Positions 38,101-48,929 of a stretch of DNA of 64,000 bases are shown piece by piece. Source of the DNA: Eledone cirrhosa (lineage: Eukaryota); contig OZ024743.1 of the NCBI GenBank assembly GCA_964016885.1, positions 140,802,001 to 140,866,000 on the forward strand. Direction: 5' to 3'. The translations under genes were made by a program, and so were the position numbers. The notes beneath the pieces were generated by a model that saw only the letters and a list, made by a program, of their open reading frames with translations, made no database searches and was not told the DNA's origin. Position 1 is the first letter of the stretch; each line of letters starts with the position of its first letter.

Positions 38101-41100
38101 TTGGTGTTTGGAGCTTGGTGCCTGCTGCTTGTTGTTTGGTGTTTGGTGCTTGGTGCTTGGTGCTTGGTGTTTGGTGCTTGGTGCTTGGTGGCTGGTGCTT
38201 GGTGCTTGGTGCCTGGTGTTTCGTGCTTGGTGCTTGGTGCTTGGTGTTTGGTGTTTGGTACTTGGTGCTTGGTGCTTGGTGCTTGGTGTTTGGTGCTTGG
38301 TATTTGATGTTGCCTGCTTGGTGTTTGGTGTTTGGTGCTTGGTGCTTGGTGTTTGGCGTTTGGAGCTCGGTGCCTGGTGCTTGTTGTTTGGTGTTTGGCG
38401 CTTGGTGCTTGGTATCTGGTGTTTGGTGCTTGATGTTTGGTGTTTGGTGCTTGGTGTTTTGTGTTTGGTGATTGGTGCTTGGTGCCTGGTGCTTGGTGCT
38501 TGGTGCTTGTTGTTTGGTGCTTGGTGCTTGGTGATTAGTGTTTCGTGCTTGGTGCTTGCGGTTTGCTGTTTGGTGCTTGGGGTTTGGTGCTTGGTGCTTG
38601 GTGCTTGGTGTTTGGTGCTTGGTGCTTGGTGTTTGGTGCTTGGTGCTTGGTGTTTGGTGTTTGGTGTTTGCTGTTTGCTGTTTGCTGTTTGGTGCTTGCT
38701 GTTTGGTGCTTGGTGCTTGGTGTTTGGTGTTTGGTGTTTTGTGCTTGGTGCTTGGTGTTTGGTGCTTGGTGCTTGGTGCTGGGTGTTTGGTGCTTGGTGC
38801 TTGGTGTTTGGTGCTTGGTGCTTGGTGCTTGGTGTTTGGTCCTTGGTGCTTGGTGCTTGGTCTTTGGTGCTTGGGTTTTGGTGTTTGGTGCTTGGTGCTT
38901 GGTGTTTGGTGATTGCTGCTTGGTGCTTGGTGTTTGGTGCTTGGTGCTTGGTGATTAGTGTTTGGTGATTGGTGCTTGGGGTTTGCTGTTTGGTGCTTGG
39001 TGCTTGCTGTTTGGTGTTTGGTGTTTGGTTCTTGGTGCTTGGTGTTTGGTGTTTGGTGTCTGGTGCTTGGTGCTTGGTGCTTGGTGTTTGGTGCTTGGTG
39101 CTTGGTGCTTGGTGTTTGGTGCTGCGTGCTTGGTGTTTGGTGCTTGGTGCTTGGTGATTAGTGTTTGGTGCTTTGTGTTTGGTGCTTGGTGTTTGGTGCT
39201 TGGTGCTTGGTGCTTGGTGCTTGGTGTTAGGTGTTTGGTGCTTGGTGATTGGTGTTTGATGTTAGGTTCTTGGTGCTTGGTGTTTGGTGTTTGGTGCTTG
39301 GTGCTTGGTGTTTGGTGTTTGGTGCTTGGTGCTTGGTGCTTGGTGCTTGGTGTTAGGTGTTTGGTGCTTGGTGCTTGGTGTTTGGTGCTTGGTGCTTTGT
39401 GTTTGGTGCTTGGTGTTTGGTGCTTGGTGCTTGGTGCTTGGTGCTTGGTGTTAGGTGTTTGGTGCTTGGTGATTGGTGTTTGATGTTAGGTTCTTGGTGC
39501 TTGGTGTTTGGTGTTTGGTGCTTCGTGCTTGGTGTTTGGTGTTTGGTGCTTGGTGCTTGGTGCTTGGTGCTTGGTGTTAGGTGTTTGGTGCTTGGTGATG
39601 GGTGCTTGGTGTTTGGTCCTTGGTGCTTGGTGCATGGTCTTTGGTGCTTGGGTTTTGGTGTTTGGTGCTTGGTGCTTGGTGTTTGGTGCTTGGTGCTTGG
39701 TGCTTGGTGCTTGGTGTTTGGTGCTTGCTGCTTGGTGCTTGGTGTTTGGTGCTTGGTGCTTGGTGATTAGTGTTTGGTGATTGGTGCTTGGGGTTTGGTG
39801 TTTGGGGCTTGGTGTTTGGTGCTTAGTGCTTGCTATTTGGTGTTTGGTGTTTGGTTCTTGGTGCTTGGTGGCTGGTGTTTGGTGCTTGGTGCTTGTTGTT
39901 TGGTGTTTGGTGTTTGGTGCTTGGTGCTTGGTGGCTGGTGTTTGGTGCTTGGTGTTTGGAGTTTGGTGCTTGGTGCTTGGTGCCTGGTGTTTCGTGCTTG
40001 GTGCTTGGTGCTTGGTGTTTGGTGATTGGTGCTTGGTGTTTGGTGTTTGGTACTTGGTGCTTGGTGCTTGGTGCTTGGTGCTTGGTGCTTGGTGTTTGAT
40101 GCTGCGTGCTTGGTGTTTGGTGTTTGGTGCTTGGTGCTTGGTGTTTGGTCTTTGGAGCTCGGTGCCTGGTGCTTGTTGTTTGGTGTTTGGCGCGTGGTGC
40201 TTGGTGTTTGGTGTTTGGTGCTTGGTGCTTGGTGCTTGGTATCTGGTGCTTGGTGCTTGATGTTTGGTGTTTGGTGCTTGGTGTTTGGTGTTTGGTGCTT
40301 GGTGCTTGGTGTTTGGTGCTTGGTGTTTGGTGTTTGGTGTTTGATGCTTGGTGTTTGCTGCTTGGTGCTTGGTGCTTGGTGTTTTGTGTTTGGTGATTGG
40401 TGCTTGGTGCCTGGTGCTTGGTGCTTGGTGCTTGTTGTTTGGTGCTTGGTGCTTGGTGATTAGTGTTTGGTGCTTGGTGCTTGCGGTTTGGTGTTTGGTG
40501 CTTGGGGTTTGGTGCTTGGTGCTTGGTGCTTGGTGTTTGGTGCTTGGTGCTTGGTGTTTGGTGCTTGGTGCTTGGTGTTTGGTGTTTGGCGTTTGCTGTT
40601 TGCTGTTTGGTGTTTGGTGCTTGCTGTTTGGTGCTTGGTGCTTGGTGCTTGGTGCTTGGTGTTTGGTGCTTGCTGCTTGGTGCTTGGTGTTTGGTGCTTG
40701 GTGCTTGGTGAGTAGTGTTTGGTGATTGGTGTTTGGTACTTGGTGTTTGGGGCTTGGTGTTTGGTGCTTAGTGCTTGCTGTTTGGTGTTTGGTGTTTGGT
40801 TCTTGGTGCTTGGTGTTTGGTGTTTGGTGTTTGGTGCTTGGTGCTTGGTGCTTGGTGTTTGGTGCTTGGTGCTTGGTGCTTGGTGTTTGGTGCTGCGTGC
40901 TTGGTGTTTGGTGTTCGGTGCTTGGTGCCTGGTGCTTGTTGTTTGGTGTTTGGTGCTTAGTGCTTGGTGTTTGGTGTTTGGTGCTTGGTGCTTGGTGGCT
41001 GGTGTTTGGTGCTTGGTGTTTGGAGTTTGGTGCTTGGTGCTTGGTGCCTGGTGTTTCGTGCTTGGTGCTTGGTGCTTGGTGTTTGGTGTTTGGTGCTTGG

Positions 41101-41344
41101 TGTTTCGTGCTTGGTGCTTGGTGCTTGGTGTTTGGTGTTTGGTGCTTGGTGTTTGGTGTTTGGTACTTTGTGCTTGGTGCTTGGTGCTTGGTGTTTGGTG
41201 CTTGGTGTTTGATGCTGCGTGCTTGGTGTTTGGTGTTTGGTGCTTGGTGCTTGGTGTTTGGTGTTTGGAGCTTGGTGCCTGCTGCTTGTTGTTTGGTGTT
41301 TGGTGCTTGGTGCTTGGTGCTTGGTGTTTGGTGCTTGGTGCTTG
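28696..41344 (+). repeat. Near-identical 5.7-kb duplication (28696-34430 vs 35610-41344), offset 6914 bp
   Basis: ORF pairs at +6914: 28738/35652, 28871/35785, 29965/36879, 30648/37562, 32048/38962, 33549/40463, 33805/40719. One substitution spotted (T29547 vs G36461). Confidence 0.93.
33760..36147 (+). repeat. Tandem duplication, period 1189 bp (170 units including one 6-mer), spanning the junction of the 5.7-kb duplication
   Basis: Identical ORF pairs 33805/34994, 33812/35001, 34050/35239, 34305/35494; TTCTGC at 34862/36051. Confidence 0.92.
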
Positions 41345-43804
41345 GTGGCTGGTGCTTGGTGCTTGGTGCCTGGTGTTTCGTGCTTGGTGCTTGGTGCTTG
41401 GTGTTTGGTGTTTGGTACTTGGTGCTTGGTGCTTGGTGCTTGGTGTTTGGTGCTTGGTATTTGATGTTGCCTGCTTGGTGTTTGGTGTTTGGTGCTTGGT
41501 GCTTGGTGTTTGGCGTTTGGAGCTCGGTGCCTGGTGCTTGTTGTTTGGTGTTTGGCGCTTGGTGCTTGGTATCTGGTGTTTGGTGCTTGATGTTTGGTGT
41601 TTGGTGCTTGGTGTTTTGTGTTTGGTGATTGGTGCTTGGTGCCTGGTGCTTGGTGCTTGGTGCTTGTTGTTTGGTGCTTGGTGCTTGGTGATTAGTGTTT
41701 CGTGCTTGGTGCTTGCGGTTTGCTGTTTGGTGCTTGGGGTTTGGTGCTTGGTGCTTGGTGCTTGGTGTTTGGTGCTTGGTGCTTGGTGTTTGGTGCTTGG
41801 TGCTTGGTGTTTGGTGTTTGGTGTTTGCTGTTTGCTGTTTGCTGTTTGGTGCTTGCTGTTTGGTGCTTGGTGCTTGGTGTTTGGTGTTTGGTGTTTTGTG
41901 CTTGGTGCTTGGTGTTTGGTGCTTGGTGCTTGGTGCTGGGTGTTTGGTGCTTGGTGCTTGGTGTTTGGTGCTTGGTGCTTGGTGCTTGGTGTTTGGTCCT
42001 TGGTGCTTGGTGCTTGGTCTTTGGTGCTTGGGTTTTGGTGTTTGGTGCTTGGTGCTTGGTGTTTGGTGATTGCTGCTTGGTGCTTGGTGTTTGGTGCTTG
42101 GTGCTTGGTGATTAGTGTTTGGTGATTGGTGCTTGGGGTTTGCTGTTTGGTGCTTGGTGCTTGCTGTTTGGTGTTTGGTGTTTGGTTCTTGGTGCTTGGT
42201 GTTTGGTGTTTGGTGTCTGGTGCTTGGTGCTTGGTGCTTGGTGTTTGGTGCTTGGTGCTTGGTGCTTGGTGTTTGGTGCTGCGTGCTTGGTGTTTGGTGC
42301 TTGGTGCTTGGTGATTAGTGTTTGGTGCTTTGTGTTTGGTGCTTGGTGTTTGGTGCTTGGTGCTTGGTGCTTGGTGCTTGGTGTTAGGTGTTTGGTGCTT
42401 GGTGATTGGTGTTTGATGTTAGGTTCTTGGTGCTTGGTGTTTGGTGTTTGGTGCTTGGTGCTTGGTGTTTGGTGTTTGGTGCTTGGTGCTTGGTGCTTGG
42501 TGCTTGGTGTTAGGTGTTTGGTGCTTGGTGCTTGGTGTTTGGTGCTTGGTGCTTTGTGTTTGGTGCTTGGTGTTTGGTGCTTGGTGCTTGGTGCTTGGTG
42601 CTTGGTGTTAGGTGTTTGGTGCTTGGTGATTGGTGTTTGATGTTAGGTTCTTGGTGCTTGGTGTTTGGTGTTTGGTGCTTCGTGCTTGGTGTTTGGTGTT
42701 TGGTGCTTGGTGCTTGGTGCTTGGTGCTTGGTGTTAGGTGTTTGGTGCTTGGTGATGGGTGCTTGGTGTTTGGTCCTTGGTGCTTGGTGCATGGTCTTTG
42801 GTGCTTGGGTTTTGGTGTTTGGTGCTTGGTGCTTGGTGTTTGGTGCTTGGTGCTTGGTGCTTGGTGCTTGGTGTTTGGTGCTTGCTGCTTGGTGCTTGGT
42901 GTTTGGTGCTTGGTGCTTGGTGATTAGTGTTTGGTGATTGGTGCTTGGGGTTTGGTGTTTGGGGCTTGGTGTTTGGTGCTTAGTGCTTGCTATTTGGTGT
43001 TTGGTGTTTGGTTCTTGGTGCTTGGTGGCTGGTGTTTGGTGCTTGGTGCTTGTTGTTTGGTGTTTGGTGTTTGGTGCTTGGTGCTTGGTGGCTGGTGTTT
43101 GGTGCTTGGTGTTTGGAGTTTGGTGCTTGGTGCTTGGTGCCTGGTGTTTCGTGCTTGGTGCTTGGTGCTTGGTGTTTGGTGATTGGTGCTTGGTGTTTGG
43201 TGTTTGGTACTTGGTGCTTGGTGCTTGGTGCTTGGTGCTTGGTGCTTGGTGTTTGATGCTGCGTGCTTGGTGTTTGGTGTTTGGTGCTTGGTGCTTGGTG
43301 TTTGGTCTTTGGAGCTCGGTGCCTGGTGCTTGTTGTTTGGTGTTTGGCGCGTGGTGCTTGGTGTTTGGTGTTTGGTGCTTGGTGCTTGGTGCTTGGTATC
43401 TGGTGCTTGGTGCTTGATGTTTGGTGTTTGGTGCTTGGTGTTTGGTGTTTGGTGCTTGGTGCTTGGTGTTTGGTGCTTGGTGTTTGGTGTTTGGTGTTTG
43501 ATGCTTGGTGTTTGCTGCTTGGTGCTTGGTGCTTGGTGTTTTGTGTTTGGTGATTGGTGCTTGGTGCCTGGTGCTTGGTGCTTGGTGCTTGTTGTTTGGT
43601 GCTTGGTGCTTGGTGATTAGTGTTTGGTGCTTGGTGCTTGCGGTTTGGTGTTTGGTGCTTGGGGTTTGGTGCTTGGTGCTTGGTGCTTGGTGTTTGGTGC
43701 TTGGTGCTTGGTGTTTGGTGCTTGGTGCTTGGTGTTTGGTGTTTGGCGTTTGCTGTTTGCTGTTTGGTGTTTGGTGCTTGCTGTTTGGTGCTTGGTGCTT
43801 GGTG
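37471..43804 (+). repeat. Tandem duplication, period 3157 bp (451 units); a third copy lies at about 30557-33730
   Basis: ORF pairs at +3157: 37562/40719, 38538/41695, 38962/42119, 39781/42938, 40026/43183. The breakpoint lies in a (TTGGTGC)4 run at 37471/40628. Confidence 0.93.
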
Positions 43805-43979
43805 TTTGGTGTTAGGTGTTTTGTGCTTGGTGCTTGGTGTTTGGTGCTTGGTGCTTGGTGCTGGGTGTTTGGTGCTTGGTGCTTGGTGTTTGGTGCTTGG
43901 TGCTTGGTGCTTGGTGTTTGGTCCTTGGTGCTTGGTGCTTGGTCTTTGGTGCTTGGGTTTTGGTGTTTGGTGCTTGGTG

Positions 43980-44930
43980 CTTGGTGTTTGGTGCTTGGTG
44001 CTTGGTGATTAGTGTTTGGTGATTGGTGCTTGGGATTTGCTGTTTGGTGCTTGGTGTTTGGTGCTTGGTGCTTGATGTTTGGTGTTTGGTGTTTGGTTCT
44101 TGGTGCTTGGTGTTTAGTGTTTGGTGTCTGGTGCTTGGTGCTTGGTGCCTGGTGTTTGGTGCTCGGTGCTTGGTGCTTGGTGTTTGGTGCTGCGTGCTTG
44201 GTGTTTGGTGCTTGGTGCTTGGTGATTATTGTTTGGTGCTTTGTGTTTGGTGCTTGGTGTTTGGTGCTTGGTGCTTGGTGCTTGGTGCTTGGTGTTAGGT
44301 GTTTGGTGCTTGGTGATTGGTGTTTGATGTTAGGTTCTTGGTGCTTGGTGTTTGGTGTTTGGTGCTTGGTGCTTGGTGTTTGGTGTTTGGTGCTTGGTGC
44401 TTGGTGCTTGGTGCTTGGTGCTTGGTGCTTGGTGTTTGGTGCTTGGTTCTTGGTGCTTGGTGCTTGGTGTTTGGTGATTGCTGCTTGGTTCTTGGTGTTT
44501 GGTGCTTGGTGCTTGGTGATTAGTGTTTGGTGATTGGTGCTTGGGATTTGCTGTTTGGTGCTTGGTGTTTGGTGCTTGGTGCTTGATGTTTGGTGTTTGG
44601 TGTTTGGTTCTTGGTGCTTGGTGTTTGGTGTTTGGTGTCTGGTGCTTGGTGCTTGGTGCTTGGTGTTTGGTGCTTGGTGCTTGGTGTTTGGTGCTGCGTG
44701 CTTGGTGTTTGGTGCTTGGTGCTTGGTGATTAGTGTTTGGTGCTTTGTGTTTGGTGCTTGGTGTTTGGTGCTTGGTGCTTGGTGCTTGGTGCTTGGTGTT
44801 AGGTGTTTGGTGCTTGGTGATTGGTGTTTGATGTTAGGTTCTTGGTGCTTGGTGTTTGGTGTTTGGTGCTTGGTGCTTGGTGTTTGGTGTTTGGTGCTTG
44901 GTGCTTGGTGCTTGGTGCTTGGTGTTAGGT
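43980..44930 (+). repeat. Short tandem duplication, period about 511 bp (73 units)
   Basis: ORFs 44012/44523 and 44023/44534 share the rare TTGGGAT-TTGCTGT start; a related copy lies at about 46500. Ends approximate. Confidence 0.75.
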
Positions 44931-47900
44931 GTTTGGTGCTTGGTGCTTGGTGTTTGGTGCTTGGTGCTTTGTGTTTGGTGCTTGGTGTTTGGTGCTTGGT
45001 GCTTGGTGCTTGGTGTTAGGTGTTTGGTGCTTGGTGATTGGTGTTTGATGTTAGGTTCTTGGTGCTTGGTGTTAGGTGTTTGGTGCTTGGTGATGGGTGC
45101 TTGGTGTTTGGTCCTTGGTGCTTGGTGCATGGTCTTTGGTGCTTGGGTTTTGGTGTTTGGTGCTTGGTGCTTGGTGTTTGGTGCTTGGTGCTTGGTGCTT
45201 GGTGCTTGGTGTTTGGTGATTGCTGCTTGGTGCTTGGTGTTTAGTGCTTGGTGCTTGGTGATTAGTGTTTGGTGATTGGTGCTTGGTGTTTGGTGTTTGG
45301 GGCTTGGTGTTTGGTGCTTAGTGCTTGCTGTTTGGTGTTTGGTGTTTGGTTCTTGGTGCTTGGTGTTTGGTGCTTGGTGTTTGGTGCTTGGTGCTTGGTG
45401 CTTGGTGTTTGGTGCTGCGTGCTTGGTGTTTGGTGTTTGGTGCTTGGTGCCTGGTGCTTGTTGTTTGGTGTTTGGTGCTTAGTGCTTGGTGTTTGGTGTT
45501 TGGTGCTTGGTGCTTGGTGGCTGGTGTTTGGTGCTTGGTGTTTGGAGTTTGGTGCTTGGTGCTTGGTGCCTGGTGTTTCGTGCTTGGTGCTTGGTGCTTG
45601 GTGTTTGGTGATTGGTGCTTGGTGTTTGGTGTTTGGTACTTGGTGCTTGGTGCTTGGTGCTTGGTGCTTGGTGCTTGGTGTTTGATGCTGCGTGCTTGGT
45701 GTTTGGTGTTTGGTGCTTGGTGCTTGGTGTTTGGTGTTTGGAGCTCGGTGCCTGGTGCTTGTTGTTTGGTGTTTGGCGCTTGGTGCTTGGTGTTTGGTGT
45801 TTGGTGCTTGGTGCTTGGTGCTTGGTATCTGGTGTTTGGTGCTTGATGTTTGGTGTTTGGTGCTTGGTGTTTGGTGTTTGGTGCTTGGTGCTTGGTGTTT
45901 GGTGCTTGGTGTTTGGTGTTTGGTGTTTGATGCTTGGTGTTTGCTGCTTGGTGCTTGGTGCTTGGTGTTTTGTGTTTGGTGATTGGTGCTTGGTGCCTGG
46001 TGCTTGGTGCTTGGTGCTTGTTGTTTGGTGCTTGGTGCTTGGTGATTAGTGTTTGGTGCTTGGTGCTTGCGGTTTGGTGTTTGGTGCTTGGGGTTTGGTG
46101 ATTGGTGCTTGGTGCTTGGTGTTTGGTGCTTGGTGCTTGGTGTTTGGTGCTTGGTGCTTGGTGTTTGGTGTTTGGCGTTTGCTGTTTGCTGTTTGGTGTT
46201 TGGTGCTTGCTGTTTGGTGCTTGGTGCTTGGTGTTTGGTGTTTGGTGTTTTGTGCTTGGTGCTTGGTGTTTGGTGCTTGGTGCTTGGTGCTGGGTGTTTG
46301 GTGCTTGGTGCTTGGTGTTTGGTGCTTGGTGCTTGGTGCTTGGTGTTTGGTCCTTGGTGCTCGGTGCTTGGTCTTTGGTGCTTGGGTTTTGGTGTTTGGT
46401 GCTTGGTGCTTGGTGTTTGGTGCTTGGTTCTTGGTGCTTGGTGCTTGGTGTTTGGTGATTGCTGCTTGGTGCTTGGTGTTTGGTGCTTAGTGCTTGGTGA
46501 TTAGTGTTTGGTGATTGGTGCTTGGGATTTGCTGTTTGGGGCTTGGTGTTTGGTGCTTGGTGCTTGATGTTTGGTGTTTGGTGTTTGGTTCTTGGTGCTT
46601 GGTGTTTGGTGTTTGGTGTCTGGTGCTTGGTGCTTGGTGCTTGGTGTTTGGTGATTGGTGCTTGGTGCTTGGTGTTTGGTGCTGCGTGCTTGGTGTTTGG
46701 TGCTTGGTGCTTGGTGATTAGTGTTTGGTGCTTGGTGCTTGGGGTTTGGAGTTTGGTGCTTGGGGTTTGGTGTTTGGTGCTTGGTGCTTGGTGTTTGGTG
46801 CTTGGTGCTTCGTGTTTGGTGCTTGGTGCTTTGTGTTTGGTGCTTGGTGTTTGGTGCTTGGTGCTTGGTGCTTGGTGTTAGGTGTTTGGTGCTTGGTGAT
46901 TGGTGTTTGATGTTAGGTTCTTGGTGCTTGGTGTTTGGTGTTTGGTGCTTGGTGCTTGGTGTTTGGTGTTTGGTGCTTGCTGCTTGGTGCTTGGTGTTTT
47001 GTGTTTGGAGTTTGGTGCTTGGTGTTTGGTGCTTTGGTCTTGGTGTTTTGTGTATGGTGCTTGGTGCTTGGTGTTTGGTGTTTGGTGCCTGGTGCTTGGT
47101 GTTCGGTGCTTGGTGTCTGGTGTTTGGTGATTGGTGCTTGGTGTTTGGTGCTTGGTGCTTGGTGCTTGGTGCTTGGTGTTAGGCGTTTGGTGCTTGGTGC
47201 TTGGTGTTTGATGTTTGGTCCATGGTGCTTGGTGTTTGGTATTTTGTGCTTGGTGCTTGGTGTTTGGTGTTTGGTGCTTGGTGCTTGGTGTTTGGTGTTT
47301 GGTGCTTGCTGCTTGCTGCTTGGTGTTTGGTGCTAGGGGCTTGGTGCTTGGTGTTTCGTGTTTGGTGCTTGGTGCTTGGTGCTTGGTGTTTGGTGTTTGG
47401 TGCTTGGTGCGTGGGACTTGGTGTTTGGTGCTTGGTGTTTGGTGCTTGGTGTTTGGTGCTTGGTGCCTGGTGCTTGGTGATTGGTGTTTGGTGCTTGGTG
47501 TTTGGTGCTTGGTGTTTGGTGCTTGGTGTTCGGTGCTTGGTGCTTGGTGTTTGGTGTTTGCTGTTTGCTGTTTGGTGTTTGGTGTTTGCTGTTTGGTGTT
47601 TGCTGTGTGGTGTTTGGTGTTTGGTGCTTGCTGTTTGGTGCTTGGTGCTTGGTGTTTGGTGTTTGGTGCTTGGTGTTTGGTGCTTGGTGCTTGGTGCTGG
47701 GTGTTTGGTGCTTGGTGCTTGGTGTTTGGTGCTTGGTGCTTGGTGCTTGGTGTTTGGTCCTTGGTGCTTGGTGCTTGTTCTTTGGTGCTTGGGTTTTGGT
47801 GTTTGGTGCTTGGTGCTTGGTGTTTGGTGCTTGGTGCTTGGTGCTTGGTGTTTGGTGCTTGCTGCTTGGCGCTTGGTGTTTGGTGCTTGGTGCTTGGTGA

Positions 47901-48929
47901 TTAGTGTTTGGTGATTGGTGCTTGGGGTTTGGTGTTTGGGGGCTTGGTGTTTGGTGCGTGGTGCTTGCTGTTTGGTGTTTGGTGCTGGGTGTTTGGTGCT
48001 TGGTGCTTGGTGTTTGGTGGTTGGTGCTTGGTGCTTGGTGCTTGGTGTTTGGTGCCTGGTGCTTGGTGCTTGGTGCTTGCTGTTTGGTGTTTGGTGTTTG
48101 GTTCTTGGTGCTTGGTGTTTGGTGTTTGGAGCTTGGTGCTTGGTGCTTGGTGTTTGGTGCTTGGTGCTTGGTGATTAGTGTTTGGTGATTGGTGCTTGGG
48201 GATTGGTGTTTGGTGCTTGGTGTTTGGTGCTTGGTGCTTGCTGTTTGGTGTTTGGTGTTTGGTTCTTGGTGCTTGGTGTTTGGTGTTTGGTTCTTGGTGC
48301 TTGGTGTTTGGTGTTTGGTGCTTGGTGCTTGGTGTTTGGTGCTTGGTGCTTGGTGCTTGGTGCTTGGTGTTTGGTATTCGGTGTTTGCTGTTTGGTGTTT
48401 GGTGCTTGGTGCTTGGTGCTTGGAGCTTGGTGTTTGGTGTTTAGTGCTTGGTGCTTGGTATTTGGTGTTTGGTGCTTGGTGCTTGGTGTCTGGTGTTTGG
48501 TGCTTGGTGCTTGGAGTTTGGTGATTGGTGTTTGGAGACTGGTGTTTGGTGCTTGGTGCTTGGTGCTTGGTGCCTGGGGCTTGTTGTTTGGTGTTTGGTG
48601 CTTGGTGCTTGGTGCTTGGTGTTTGATGTTTGGTCCTTGGTGCTTGTTGTTTGGTGTTTGGTGCTTGGTGCTTGGTGTTTGGTGTTTGGTGCTTGCTGCT
48701 TGCTGCCTGGTATTTGGTGCTTGGTGATTGGTGCTTGGTGTTTTATGCTTGGTGCTTGGTGTTTGGTGCTAGGGGCTTGGTGCTTGATGCTTGGTGTTTG
48801 GTGCTTGGTGCTTGCTGTTTGGTGCTTGGTGCTTGGTGCTTGGTGTTTGGTGTATGGTGTTTGGTGCTTGGTGTTTGGTGCTTGGTGCTTGGTGCTGGGT
48901 GGTTGGTGTTTGGTGTTTGGTGCTTGGTG

